Assembly: GCA_025963675.1 (NCBI GenBank)
Contig: JAOQAJ010000045.1
Coordinates: 1 to 51,736, forward strand
Length of the DNA: 51,736 nt
Reading direction: 5' to 3'
From: Segetibacter sp.
GTDB lineage: Bacteria > Bacteroidota > Bacteroidia > Chitinophagales > Chitinophagaceae
Shown: piece after piece, positions 10,370 to 21,269 of the stretch
How positions within the stretch are numbered: the first letter of the stretch is position 1
How the letters are laid out: each line of letters opens with the position of its first letter
Position numbers and translations under genes: made by a program
Notes under the pieces: model-generated
What the model was told of the DNA's origin: nothing
Seen by the model: the letters and a program-made list of their open reading frames with translations, nothing else
The model's database searches: none

Positions 10370-11071
10370 ATGCGTCGAAAATTATTTAGGATAGAACGGT
10401 TGATTTTGGCTATTGTCATTTCTTTACCGTTGATTTTATTGGCTTGTGGTGATGCCAGCAATACTGCAAAGACTGAAGCAAAGAAAGGAACAAGCGATAC
10501 ATCAGCTACAATCAACCAACCGGTAAAAACCATTCTTTACTTTGGTAATAGTCTTACCGCCGGTTATGGTTTAGATCCTTCTGAAGCCTTTTCATCTTTG
10601 ATACAGCACAAAATAGATTCGGCAAAACTTAAGTATAAATCAATAAATGCGGGAGTAAGCGGCGAGACATCAGCGGGAGGTAAGGGCCGGATAGACTGGA
10701 TTTTAAAACAACCTGTCGATGTGTTTGTTCTGGAACTTGGAGCGAATGATGGGCTTCGGGGAATACCTGTTGATGAAACAAAGAAAAATCTGCAGGAGAT
10801 TATTGATAAAGTAAAAGCGAAATATCCCTCTGCAAAATTAGTTTTAGCGGGAATGCAAATTCCGCCAAATATGGGGCAGGAGTATTCGTTGAAGTTCAGG
10901 CAAATATTTCCAGACCTGGCAAAGAAAAATAACATGGCCCTTGTGCCTTTTTTACTTGAAGGTGTCGGAGGCGTCAGAGAATTAAATCAGCCGGACGGTA
11001 TTCACCCTACTGCTGCCGGTGCAAAGATAGTTGCTGAAAATGTTTGGACAGTTTTGCAAACCGTTTTATAG
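10370..11071 (+). CDS. SGNH arylesterase (TesA-like), predicted lipoprotein
   Basis: FGNSLTAGYG, NAGVSGET, LELGANDG and DGIHP blocks; hydrophobic stretch ending in lipobox LLAC; ATG at 10370. Confidence 0.9.
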   Translation: MRRKLFRIERLILAIVISLPLILLACGDASNTAKTEAKKGTSDTSATINQPVKTILYFGNSLTAGYGLDPSEAFSSLIQHKIDSAKLKYKSINAGVSGETSAGGKGRIDWILKQPVDVFVLELGANDGLRGIPVDETKKNLQEIIDKVKAKYPSAKLVLAGMQIPPNMGQEYSLKFRQIFPDLAKKNNMALVPFLLEGVGGVRELNQPDGIHPTAAGAKIVAENVWTVLQTVL

Positions 11072-11133
11072 CAATGACCATTTGCAGCCCTTTTGTGTTT
11101 ATTAGTTATCTTTTTTCATTTAACCGAAATTTT

Positions 11134-11871
11134 ATGAAAGGTATAGTCACTTGTACGGTCATCTGCATAGCCCTTTGTTTCAGCGCATGTATCTCTGCGC
11201 CCGAAGTGAATGCTCAAAAAACAGCGGGAGATTCATTATATCAACATGGTACAGCGTCTTCCGGTGGAACCGGGAAATTTTATTTAGGAAGGGAAATAGC
11301 GCATGTGATGGGTGCATCAAATTCTTCATGGCTTGACAGGAATAGCCGGCCGCAGGAAGAAAATACTCAGCTTGCTATAGACAAAATCAGCGTGCCGGCA
11401 ACAGCGGTAATTGCAGATATTGGTGCCGGTACGGGATATTATACTTTTAAACTTGCGCCTAAAGTTCCAAAGGGAAAAGTATATGCTGTAGAAATTCAGG
11501 ACGAAATGATTGAGATAGTAAAGGAAAGAATTAAGAAGATGAATGTTGCAAATATTGAGGTGATTAAGGGCGGCTTTACATCTCCAAATCTTCCTGACAA
11601 TTCAGTTGACCTCGCTATCATGGTAGATGTGTATCATGAATTTGAATACCCGGTGGAGATGCTGCAGGCAATTAGAAAATCACTTAAGAAAGGTGGAAAA
11701 ATTTTGTTGATAGAATATAAAGGTGAAGATCCGGCAGTTGCCATAAGGCCGTTACATAAAACAACCGTTTCACAACTGAGTAAGGAGTTGGGAGCAAATG
11801 GATTCAAGCTGGATTATAACGGTCAATTTATGCCCATCCAACATTTTCTGCTTTTTAAGAAAGTTGATTAA
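11134..11871 (+). CDS. Class I SAM-dependent methyltransferase with signal or lipoprotein peptide
   Basis: IADIGAGTGYY, VYAVEIQ, VDVYHE and GGKILLIEY motifs. Likely start is ATG 11134 (MKGIVTCTVICIALCFSAC). Confidence 0.85.
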   Translation: MKGIVTCTVICIALCFSACISAPEVNAQKTAGDSLYQHGTASSGGTGKFYLGREIAHVMGASNSSWLDRNSRPQEENTQLAIDKISVPATAVIADIGAGTGYYTFKLAPKVPKGKVYAVEIQDEMIEIVKERIKKMNVANIEVIKGGFTSPNLPDNSVDLAIMVDVYHEFEYPVEMLQAIRKSLKKGGKILLIEYKGEDPAVAIRPLHKTTVSQLSKELGANGFKLDYNGQFMPIQHFLLFKKVD

Positions 11872-11920
11872 ATAAAGCAATCCGGCAGTGCTTCGTGTTG
11901 CCATGAAAAACTGAATGTGA

Positions 11921-11939
11921 ACCGAGCGTGGCAACGATG
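11921..11939 (+). repeat. Degenerate family A element
   Basis: accgagcgtggcaacgatg followed after ~18 nt by the tail gttggctaccaaaa, similar to the tail of the 40882 copy. Confidence 0.5.
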
Positions 11940-12064
11940 ATAAATAGATGTACAGATGTTGGCTACCAAAATAATAGCAGCAAATAGACAGCCGCAGAAT
12001 TGCTTTTAACTTAAAGATGTATAAACGTTTTTGATCTCAATTCCCGTTTTATTTTTCCATACGT

Positions 12065-12072
12065 TACCTTTG
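12065..12072 (+). promoter_or_regulatory. Bacteroidota primary-sigma -7 box upstream of prfC
   Basis: TACCTTTG matches TAnnTTTG. No well-spaced -33 TTTG was seen. Confidence 0.55.
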
Positions 12073-12079
12073 CGCGGCA

Positions 12080-12153
12080 AAAGGATTAAGGTGTAAGGTA
12101 TAGGGTGGAAGGAAACCCTGTTTTGTCATTATACCCTAAGCCCTTAACCTTTT
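12080..12153. repeat. 7-nt-periodic inverted repeat in the putative prfC 5' leader
   Basis: aaaggat/taaggtg/taaggta/tagggtg/gaagg, then cattata/ccctaag/cccttaa/cctttt. Confidence 0.65.
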
Positions 12154-12163
12154 ACGTTAAAAA

Positions 12164-13750
12164 ATGAAATACGAAAAAGAAATAAACCGCCGCAAAACGT
12201 TTGCAATCATCAGCCATCCGGATGCCGGTAAGACTACATTGACTGAAAAGTTTTTGTTGTTTGGTGGTGCGATACAAACGGCCGGTGCTGTTAAGAGTAA
12301 TAAAATAAAGAAGCATGCGACCAGCGACTTTATGGAGATTGAGCGCCAGAGAGGTATCTCTGTGGCAACATCTGTAATGAGCTTTGAGTACAAAGACATG
12401 CTGATAAATTTGTTAGATACACCTGGTCACAAAGACTTTGCAGAAGATACTTACCGCACACTTACTGCGGTTGATAGCGTTGTGCTGGTGGTAGATAGCG
12501 TAAACGGAGTTGAGGAACAAACGCGTCGCCTAATGGAAGTATGCCGGATGCGTGATACACCGGTGATCGTTTTTATCAACAAGATGGACCGCGATGGTAA
12601 GAACCGTTTTGACCTGCTTGAGGAGATTGAAAATGAGTTGAAGATTTCGCTTCACCCGATGACGTGGCCAATTAACCAGGGGAAGGATTTTAAGGGCGTG
12701 TATAATCTGCATGATAAAAACCTGGTGCTTTTTACTGCAAGCACAAAAGGTGGGGATGAAAATACAGTTGAGATTAAAGAGCTTGGCGATAAGGTACTGG
12801 AAGAAAAAATAGGGGAGCGCGACGCAGAAACTTTACGTGAAGATGTGGAACTGATTGATGGAGTATATGGAGAATTGAAGGCAGAGGATTATCTGTCTGG
12901 TAAAATTGCTCCTGTTTTCTTCGGTAGTGCCGTTAATAATTTTGGTGTAAAAGAATTGCTGGATACGTTCATACGCATTGCGCCAACTCCGCGTGACAGG
13001 CAAACAAATGCACGGGCAGTGAGTGTGGCCGAGCCAAAGTTTAGCGGATTTATTTTTAAGATTCACGCGAACCTTGACCCAAAACATCGTGATAGAATTG
13101 CGTTCTTACGGGTATGTAGCGGCAAGTTTGAACGCAACAAATATTTTCATCACGTTCGTATTGATAAGGATGTTCGCTTCAGCAATCCATACAGTTTTTT
13201 AGCGAGAGATAAAGAAGTGGTTGACGAGGCTTTTCCGGGTGATGTGGTTGGGCTTTTTGATACAGGGAACTTTAAAATCGGTGATACGCTTACTGAAGGT
13301 GAAGATTTTTATTTTACCGGTATTCCAACTTTCTCTCCTGAAATCTTCAAAGAGGTGGTGAACAAAGACCCGATGAAAACGAAGCAACTTGAGAAGGGTT
13401 TGATACAGTTAACCGATGAAGGCGTTGCGCAGTTGTTCACCCAGTTTGGCGGTACCAAAAAGATCATCGGTTGTGTAGGTGAGTTGCAGTTTGAAGTGAT
13501 ACAATATCGACTGTTGCACGAGTATGGCGCTTCCGTGCAATTCAATCACCTTCCTTTTTATAAGGCTTGCTGGCTTACTTCTAAAGATGCTAAAAAGCTG
13601 GAAGATTTTGCACGTTTTAAATTGGCAAACACGGGTGAAGACAAAGATGGCAACATGGTGTACCTGGCTAACAGTGAGTGGTTCTTGAATACTGAAATGC
13701 AAAACAACCCGGATATCGAATTTCATTTTACAAGTGAGATACATAAGTAG
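12164..13750 (+). CDS. prfC: Peptide chain release factor 3
   Basis: [46 protein letters not shown]; 528 aa. Confidence 0.98.
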   Translation: MKYEKEINRRKTFAIISHPDAGKTTLTEKFLLFGGAIQTAGAVKSNKIKKHATSDFMEIERQRGISVATSVMSFEYKDMLINLLDTPGHKDFAEDTYRTLTAVDSVVLVVDSVNGVEEQTRRLMEVCRMRDTPVIVFINKMDRDGKNRFDLLEEIENELKISLHPMTWPINQGKDFKGVYNLHDKNLVLFTASTKGGDENTVEIKELGDKVLEEKIGERDAETLREDVELIDGVYGELKAEDYLSGKIAPVFFGSAVNNFGVKELLDTFIRIAPTPRDRQTNARAVSVAEPKFSGFIFKIHANLDPKHRDRIAFLRVCSGKFERNKYFHHVRIDKDVRFSNPYSFLARDKEVVDEAFPGDVVGLFDTGNFKIGDTLTEGEDFYFTGIPTFSPEIFKEVVNKDPMKTKQLEKGLIQLTDEGVAQLFTQFGGTKKIIGCVGELQFEVIQYRLLHEYGASVQFNHLPFYKACWLTSKDAKKLEDFARFKLANTGEDKDGNMVYLANSEWFLNTEMQNNPDIEFHFTSEIHK

Positions 13751-13910
13751 AACCGGGATTTTACGGATGTAAGAGGATAAGAAGGAAATAAGATTGAGAC
13801 CAGTGGAATAACGTAGATAGAAACAGGACTTTTTGAAAAGTATTATGCAGCTTCGAATAATTTTCGAGGCTGTTTTTTTTTGGCCAACTTCAGTTCGTTC
13901 TTCCGCCTGG

Positions 13911-13930
13911 GTTGTGTCACTCACTTATAC
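13911..13930 (-). repeat. Family A element core (AGTGACACA subtype)
   Basis: Reverse complement gtataagtgagtgacacaac; tail gttggccaaaaaaa. Confidence 0.8.
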
Positions 13931-14183
13931 GGCATCTTTGTAATCAACTTCAGTTCGCCGGGTAATAGCTTTTTCCTGCAAGATTTTCGTAAAAGTCAAA
14001 AAGGGTTGTAAAAGCGACATCAACTGTTAACTGTTTTATTATTAACTCTACTTATACTTAACACCGATAACTATCATCCGGTTAGGTGCTCCATTAAAAA
14101 AAGCTTTATGCTTCTTTGCTTTTCCTTTATTTTATTATATTGCTAATTGTCTGGCTGTAGATCATTAAAAACTATAACTGCTT

Positions 14184-17100
14184 ATGAGAAGGAATTCCTT
14201 CCTGCTCAATCCTTATGATGGAAAAAGACGGGTTGAAAACGCCTTCACTTCCCATATACAGCAGTGCTTTTCATTTGTACTAGTACCACTCGTTTTATTA
14301 ATTGGCTCAGTGCAGCTAAATGCGCAGTCTCTGGCATCCGTTATTAAAGCAAATGATAAAATTTTAAGTACTAAGGACACAATACAGGTTTGCAAAGGTG
14401 GTATTATCTCTTACGATAACACTACAGTTGGCAATACCAGTATTACATGGGCGTTTAAAAATGGAACGCCTGCTTCTTCAAATTCGTCTTTCCCGAATAC
14501 AATTACTGTCACCTATAATACTGTAGGTATTGATAGTACAATCAACACGATTTTTAATTCCACTGATACATCGTCAACGTATGTTTTTGTTCAAGTAAAT
14601 GACCAGAAACCAAAGCCGACCTTCACTTATACCCAGTCAGACAGTTGCGGTAACATTCCAATTATTTTTAATAGTAATGGCTCAACTGGCAACCCTGATC
14701 CTTTATCTTACAAATGGACTTTTGGTGATGGCGGTACAGATACTTCCGCGAATCCATCTTACCAGTTTTTAAATGCTACCGGTACATCAGGTACCCAAGC
14801 TTACAACGTAAAATTGTTGGTTACAAATTCTCTCAATTGTTCCGATTCGACCATAAAATCCATTGTCGTAAAAAAGATACCTGATGCATCTTTGGGAAAT
14901 GCGGATGCTCCTGCAGTAGGCTTATATTCTTATAATGGAGTTATGACTTTTGCCAGGTGTACGACCAGTCCTAGTTATGTTTTCAGGTTTAAAAATGCTT
15001 CAAACACAACTTCGATAAATACTCTTTATACGATAAAATGGGGCGATGGTTCTCCGGATAGTGTCTTTGCAAGCTGGTCTTCAGCTTCTATTATTAGTCA
15101 TGCATATACTATAGGCCAGCATACCTTAACACTTAATGTCACTGGCTCAACGGGTTGTATTGGCATAAGGAAATATAATATTTTTCTTGGTACAACTCCG
15201 GCAGGCGGTTTTGCCAGCCCTGGTAATACCGATGTGTGTGCTCCCGGAGGTTTGAACTTTGTTATTTCAGGATACGCAAAAAATACTACCGGAACTACTT
15301 ACTCCATTTCAGTAAATGATGGAACTCCGATATCAACTTTTAATCATCCACCTCCTGATACGGTCACTCATTTTTTTGCAAGTACTTCTTGTGGTACTTA
15401 CAGTAACACTTACAGTAATGCTTTCAGCGCGACTTTAATTATTGCGAATCCTTGCCTTACTACAAGCGTCGATGTGAAGCCGATTTTTGTTTCAACAAAG
15501 CCACAAGCAGGAATGTACATATCCCCGTCGCCTTATGTATGCACTAACTCAACAGTCTATTTTTACAACACATCATCTGGTGGCAACACCGTCTTGTCGC
15601 AGGGAAATACAACCATATGTACTAACAATGGAAAACAGGTTTGGAGTATTTCTCCGGCTACCGGGTATACGATTGCGTACGGAGCCACGGGTAATACGAA
15701 TGGCAGTCCTGATAATTCAAATCTTTGGAATAATGGTACCCATCCGCTCGGTATCACTTTTAGAACTGCCGGAACATATACAATCAAAATGATCACCGGA
15801 ACTGATCGTTGTGGTACGACTGAGATTGTCAAGACGGTTTGCGTAAGAGATCCACCGAAAGCTTCTTTCACGATGAGCAAACACTGGAGCTGCGGCATCG
15901 ACACAGCTTTATTTACGAACACATCACCTGTCGGGGGTTGCCTTGGTGACTCATACAGTTGGGACGTAGCCTATTCTGATCCATCTAACTGTAGCACAGG
16001 TAGCGCAGGTGGATACTTTTTTGTAAATAATACTTTCGCATCTAGTATCAACCCTTATATCCGTTTTACAAAACCAGGCCGATATATCATAACACTGACG
16101 GTTACAGCCAACAGTCCTACTTCTTCTTGCTCCCCTGCATATTTTAGAGACACATTCTATGTGAAGGACAAACCTAAATCCAAAATCAATCCCATAAATG
16201 CCGTTTGCGTGGGTAATGCCATTTCACCGACAGCCGCAGTTGCTAATTGTTATGGAACCGATCCCTTAACCTACGCCTGGACCTTTAATAACGGCTCACC
16301 TTCATCGTCAACCCTGCTGGTTCCCGGTGCTGTGATGTATAATAGTATAGGCAGCCACCAGGTAATTTTAGATGTAACAAATGAATGTGGTGTAACTCAT
16401 GATACGGCGTATGCAAGCATAACTTCTACCCCAACGGCAAACGCGGGGCAAGACACCATCCTCTGTAGCGGTGTACCGGTCAAAATCGGATCGACGGCTA
16501 TTCCGGGTTATAGTTATCAATGGAAACCGTCAACTGGTTTAAGTAGTTCAACTGCTGCCAACCCCACCGCAACGCTAACTTATTCCGGACCAAATAACGA
16601 TACCACCCTTACCTATGTGGTCACCGTTTCCGCCGGGCAAAATTGTTCATCTACCGACACCACAATTTTAACTGTAAAGAAGAAGCCTGTTGTAATTGTG
16701 ACCCCGTCAACTGCACAAGTATGTGCAGGAGCTGGTGCAACATTGGTAGCAAGCGGAGCTGATACTTATGTTTGGATTCCTGCAACAGGTTTAGACAATA
16801 CAACAACTAATACAGTTATCGCTTCGCCGGCTTCAAACGCAACTTATACTGTTGCCGGAACAGCAAATGGTTGTTCTTCAACTGCTACTGCCTCAGTAAC
16901 GGTTATTCCATTTCCAACCGTATCTGCCGGTGCCGATACAACTGTTTGTAATACCAGTAATACTGTTAGACTAACAGGTTCTCCCGCCCGGGGAACCTGG
17001 AGTGGAAGTGCGTTTATAACAGCGGCAGGTGTATTCGATTCGAAATCTGCCGGCAACGGAAGCTATAAATTAGCCTACTCAGTTTCAAACGGAAATTGTA

Positions 17101-20100
17101 CCAGAACGGATACAGTGGTTGTGGATGTAATAGACCCACCGGTTGCAAATGCTGGTAATGATACAATTGTTTGTCAGGGAACAACCGCTATTTCCCTTTC
17201 CGGACTACCTGTAGGAGGACGGTGGACTGGAAGTACTTTTATAGATGCTTCCGGTGTGTTTGCACCAACAACAGCAGGAAGGTATACGCTCATTTACTCC
17301 ATTGGGGCTGGAACATGTGTTGGATCAGATACAATGATTATCACTGTTGCCGGCGGAGTGACAAACAATACCATATCAAACGATCAAAGCATTTGTACCG
17401 GTGTACAGCCTGCAACTATAACAGGCCAGGTTGCAACTGGTGGTAATGGCACTGCTAATTATCAATGGCAGTCAAGCTTAGATAATAATAACTGGCAAGA
17501 CATTGTAGGAGCCACATCTAAAGATTACACTCCTGGTGTACTTACTCAAACCATCTTCTTCAAACGAATTGCTTCAACCACACTTTGTTCTGGTTCCCAG
17601 TCAAACATCAGCAATGTTATAAAGATCACTGTCAATCCAAACGCAAAGGCAACGTTTAATCCTTCGATATCAAAAGGATGCGTTCCATTTGTTATAACGC
17701 CTGGGATAATTAACCTTGTACCTGATAATAATAATATAAGCGAATATCGCTGGTTTGTTAACAACAGTTATATCGGAAGCGGCCAGAATTTTCCTGGCTA
17801 TACAATGAACAATGCCGGCGACAGCATTACAATTAAGCTAGTAACGATAAGTAAGTTTGGTTGCAAAAATGATAGTACGGCCCATGGATTTATAACTGTT
17901 GAAAGGCCGGTTCCATCCTTCACTCAAACGATTACAGATGCTTGCGGTCCGATAGCCGTTACATTTACCAACACGACACCCAATGCTTCACGATACACTT
18001 TTATATGGAACTTTGGACAAGGTCAAACAACAACTTCACAACAACCGCCGGTAATCACCTTTCCTACAAATCCTAATAGCGGCGATACAATTTATACGGT
18101 TACTATCAAAGCGGTCAGTAGCTGTGATACAATTACCAGTACATCTTTTGTGAAGGTTAAATCAAAACCGAAGGTATTATTTACCCCTGACAGGTCCGAG
18201 GGTTGCAGCCCGATGAGAGTTACATTTAGCAACACGAGCCGTGGCAATAATGCAAGTTACGTTTGGGATTTTGGCGATGGTACAGCACCCGTTTTTTCTA
18301 ATAGCGCCACTGTTCAACATACCTTCACAGTTGGAGTTAAACAAACTTTTTATGTAAAGTTGAAAGGAACAAATGAATGCGGTTCAGATTCGCTGACCTA
18401 TGCAATTGTGGTAAATCCAAATTCTATCCGTCTTGATTTTGCTGTTAATGGCAATGAACGTTTTGGTTGCGCGCCACATACAGTTAGTTTTATAAACAAT
18501 ACTACCGGCGCTAATAGTTTTACCTGGAATTTCGGAGATGGCAATACTTTAAACACATCAAAAGGAATTGATACTGTTGTCCACACTTTCACTGCCTCAG
18601 GCGACTTTACAGTAAATCTTTTGGCTGCAAACGCATGTAACGATACGAGTGATGTTGAAATGATTACTGTCGCTTTAAAACCTAATGTGACTTTTACTGC
18701 ATCGTCTCTCAATACGTGTATAACCGATCCCATTCGGTTTACCAATACAAGTGACCCCGGTATTGTCAACCGTTGGACTTTTGGAGATGCTACAACTTCA
18801 TCAGTTCGCAATCCGGTTAAGTCATATTCTGTAGCCGGTAATTATAAAGTTTGGTTGACAGGAAGCAGGGTAGTTTCACAGGGTTTAAGTTGTAGCGATA
18901 GTACCTATGCCGACATCGTTATCCGTGACACGCTTGCTGGTAAAATTCTGCTAAGTGATTCTATTGGTAGTTGTACTCCCTTCACTGTGCTGTTGAAAAA
19001 TGGCAACCTTGCTTCCTCGCAGGCGACATGGACTTTTGGCGATGGCACTATTGCATCCGGGGATAGCGTGTCACATACTTATACAGCCTCGGGCAATTAC
19101 AATGTGGTAATGTATAGCAAGGGCAATACGGGATGTACGTTTAAAAGTAATAACTCAATTATAGTCACTGCTCCTGAAGGTGCCCTAACCTACAAAGGTG
19201 GTTTCGTTTGCCCCGGTAATTCTACCAAATTTGAAGTGAGGGCAACGAACACCACTCGATACAGATTTATTTTTGGTGATGGTGATTCCTTAATTACGAC
19301 AAATTCTACTGTTTTTCATCAATACACTAAACCGGGCAAATATGTACCTTTTGCATATCTCGAAGCTGGCAATTGTCTTATTAAAGTTTTTACGGGTGAT
19401 ACTATAAAAGTTGAAAGTATTCGTGCCGGATTTAAGATTTCTCCGCAATACACCTGTGCATCAACTACCATTCAATTTACGGATACATCTTTTGCTTACT
19501 TCGGTTTAAAAACCCGGCAGTGGAATTTTGGAGACGGTACAACTTCAACACTTAGCAACCCTATAAAAACATTTAACCAAAGTGGAACCACCTATGTTCG
19601 TTTAATTGTTGCCAGTGAAAGTGGTTGCACAGATACCGTTACCATTCCTGTAACAATAGCGGTAAGAAACTTTCCTGTTAGCAGTATTCGTGCTGATAGT
19701 GTCGGTTGTACCGGCCAGCCGTTAGCAGTAAGTGCCCTTGTCGTTTCAAACGACACTATTGCAAGGTATAGTTGGAACTTTGGAAATAATGCAACAGCTA
19801 GCGGAGTGAATGCAACGGCTGTTTATAACAGCCCTGGTATTTACACGATCAGGCTAATTACTTCGACCATTTACGGATGTGCTGATACGGTTTATAAAGT
19901 CGTTAATATAAGACCTTCACCAAATATTAATGCTGGTGCTGATGTACGTATTTGTAAAGGTCAATCAATACAATTACAGGCTGCTGGTGCATCTGGTTGG
20001 CAGTGGTCTCCATTGCAGCATTTAAGCTGCATTGCCTGTGCAAATCCGGTTGCCAATCCTGCAGTAACTACTACATACGTTGCTAAAGGCACAAACAATT

Positions 20101-20915
20101 TTGGCTGTAGTGTATCAGACACACTTATAGTAAATGTTGTGCAACCGGTTGATGTTACGGTATCAGGAAATGACACGATTTGTATAGATCAGCAAACACA
20201 ATTATTTGCGGCGGGGGCGAGCAATTATGCCTGGAGCCCAGCTTCCGGATTAAGTAGCAGTACAATTGCAAATCCTATAGCAAAACCTGCTACGACAACA
20301 CAATACATGGTCATCGGAAGCGATCAATATAAGTGCTTTTCTGATACGGCTTATGTAACTGTTGCTGTTGGAAGTTATCCAACTGTCAACCTTGGAAGCG
20401 GCGCGCTGGTCGTTGCCGGAACACCTGTTGTCATGGATCCGATTCTAACAAATGGCCCATTCCTTAATTATACATGGACACCTGTTCAAAATCTTAGTTG
20501 TACCAATTGCCCAAAGCCGATTGCAACAATAAATACAAACATCACCTACAAGCTCGAAGTTGAAAATGTATACGGCTGTATGGCAAGTGATACGATCAGT
20601 TATACAGTGCAATGTGAGGAAGCTTCACAGCTATTTGTTCCCAATGCTTTTAGCCCCGACAACGATGGATTGAATGATGTGTTGATGGTAAGAGGTAAAG
20701 GTCTTGCATCAGTAAAGTACTTCCGCATCTTTAACCGGTGGGGACAATTGGTATTCGAGAAAAATAACTTTAACCCCAACGATCCTAATCATGGATGGGA
20801 TGGTAAAGTAAACGGAGTGCCTGCAAATCCTGAAGTGTACGTGTATACGGCGGAAGTAGTTTGTACTGCGGGTGGTGTATTTGTGAAGAAAGGAAACGTG
20901 ACTTTGTTTAGGTAG
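14184..20915 (+). CDS. Large PKD/Ig-like repeat surface protein with T9SS type-B C-terminal (gliding-motility-associated) domain
   Basis: Many W(T/D/N)FGDG PKD motifs and ANAGxD repeats; C-terminal VPNAFSPDNDGLND...IFNRWGQLVFE...WDG...KGNVTLFR; PorP/SprF gene follows. Confidence 0.95.
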   Translation: MRRNSFLLNPYDGKRRVENAFTSHIQQCFSFVLVPLVLLIGSVQLNAQSLASVIKANDKILSTKDTIQVCKGGIISYDNTTVGNTSITWAFKNGTPASSNSSFPNTITVTYNTVGIDSTINTIFNSTDTSSTYVFVQVNDQKPKPTFTYTQSDSCGNIPIIFNSNGSTGNPDPLSYKWTFGDGGTDTSANPSYQFLNATGTSGTQAYNVKLLVTNSLNCSDSTIKSIVVKKIPDASLGNADAPAVGLYSYNGVMTFARCTTSPSYVFRFKNASNTTSINTLYTIKWGDGSPDSVFASWSSASIISHAYTIGQHTLTLNVTGSTGCIGIRKYNIFLGTTPAGGFASPGNTDVCAPGGLNFVISGYAKNTTGTTYSISVNDGTPISTFNHPPPDTVTHFFASTSCGTYSNTYSNAFSATLIIANPCLTTSVDVKPIFVSTKPQAGMYISPSPYVCTNSTVYFYNTSSGGNTVLSQGNTTICTNNGKQVWSISPATGYTIAYGATGNTNGSPDNSNLWNNGTHPLGITFRTAGTYTIKMITGTDRCGTTEIVKTVCVRDPPKASFTMSKHWSCGIDTALFTNTSPVGGCLGDSYSWDVAYSDPSNCSTGSAGGYFFVNNTFASSINPYIRFTKPGRYIITLTVTANSPTSSCSPAYFRDTFYVKDKPKSKINPINAVCVGNAISPTAAVANCYGTDPLTYAWTFNNGSPSSSTLLVPGAVMYNSIGSHQVILDVTNECGVTHDTAYASITSTPTANAGQDTILCSGVPVKIGSTAIPGYSYQWKPSTGLSSSTAANPTATLTYSGPNNDTTLTYVVTVSAGQNCSSTDTTILTVKKKPVVIVTPSTAQVCAGAGATLVASGADTYVWIPATGLDNTTTNTVIASPASNATYTVAGTANGCSSTATASVTVIPFPTVSAGADTTVCNTSNTVRLTGSPARGTWSGSAFITAAGVFDSKSAGNGSYKLAYSVSNGNCTRTDTVVVDVIDPPVANAGNDTIVCQGTTAISLSGLPVGGRWTGSTFIDASGVFAPTTAGRYTLIYSIGAGTCVGSDTMIITVAGGVTNNTISNDQSICTGVQPATITGQVATGGNGTANYQWQSSLDNNNWQDIVGATSKDYTPGVLTQTIFFKRIASTTLCSGSQSNISNVIKITVNPNAKATFNPSISKGCVPFVITPGIINLVPDNNNISEYRWFVNNSYIGSGQNFPGYTMNNAGDSITIKLVTISKFGCKNDSTAHGFITVERPVPSFTQTITDACGPIAVTFTNTTPNASRYTFIWNFGQGQTTTSQQPPVITFPTNPNSGDTIYTVTIKAVSSCDTITSTSFVKVKSKPKVLFTPDRSEGCSPMRVTFSNTSRGNNASYVWDFGDGTAPVFSNSATVQHTFTVGVKQTFYVKLKGTNECGSDSLTYAIVVNPNSIRLDFAVNGNERFGCAPHTVSFINNTTGANSFTWNFGDGNTLNTSKGIDTVVHTFTASGDFTVNLLAANACNDTSDVEMITVALKPNVTFTASSLNTCITDPIRFTNTSDPGIVNRWTFGDATTSSVRNPVKSYSVAGNYKVWLTGSRVVSQGLSCSDSTYADIVIRDTLAGKILLSDSIGSCTPFTVLLKNGNLASSQATWTFGDGTIASGDSVSHTYTASGNYNVVMYSKGNTGCTFKSNNSIIVTAPEGALTYKGGFVCPGNSTKFEVRATNTTRYRFIFGDGDSLITTNSTVFHQYTKPGKYVPFAYLEAGNCLIKVFTGDTIKVESIRAGFKISPQYTCASTTIQFTDTSFAYFGLKTRQWNFGDGTTSTLSNPIKTFNQSGTTYVRLIVASESGCTDTVTIPVTIAVRNFPVSSIRADSVGCTGQPLAVSALVVSNDTIARYSWNFGNNATASGVNATAVYNSPGIYTIRLITSTIYGCADTVYKVVNIRPSPNINAGADVRICKGQSIQLQAAGASGWQWSPLQHLSCIACANPVANPAVTTTYVAKGTNNFGCSVSDTLIVNVVQPVDVTVSGNDTICIDQQTQLFAAGASNYAWSPASGLSSSTIANPIAKPATTTQYMVIGSDQYKCFSDTAYVTVAVGSYPTVNLGSGALVVAGTPVVMDPILTNGPFLNYTWTPVQNLSCTNCPKPIATINTNITYKLEVENVYGCMASDTISYTVQCEEASQLFVPNAFSPDNDGLNDVLMVRGKGLASVKYFRIFNRWGQLVFEKNNFNPNDPNHGWDGKVNGVPANPEVYVYTAEVVCTAGGVFVKKGNVTLFR

Positions 20916-20989
20916 CCGGATGTTTATACGACCTGATTTTATTAGAGGTTTTGCAGAAAAGGCTAAAGATGCAAGAAGATGCGAAGATG

Positions 20990-21011
20990 AACGAAATGCG
21001 ACGCAACGATG
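20990..21011 (+). repeat. Family A element core (AACGAAA-TGCGACGCA subtype)
   Basis: aacgaaatgcgacgcaacgatg, identical to the reverse complement of 3742-3763. Confidence 0.9.
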
Positions 21012-21168
21012 ATTCCATGGAAGACGAATGCTTGTGTCAAAAAAATAAGCAAGCGTGTCGTTCACGCTTTCTGATGATTTAAGTAATTAGTGAAAACGAT
21101 AAGAAAAGAGCCTGTTTGATAAAATTGTCTAATTGATTTCTGTTACCAGCTTTTGTTTTTTTATTCAA

Positions 21169-21192
21169 CATCGTTGTGTCACTCACTTGTAC
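21169..21192 (-). repeat. Family A element core (AGTGACACA subtype)
   Basis: Reverse complement gtacaagtgagtgacacaacgatg, identical to 26900-26923. Confidence 0.9.
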
Positions 21193-21269
21193 TATCAGAA
21201 CAATTGCGGCAAAGCGCTAAAGTAATTGCAGAAGAAACAACAAGATTGTAGCGGCTAAAATTTGATCTC

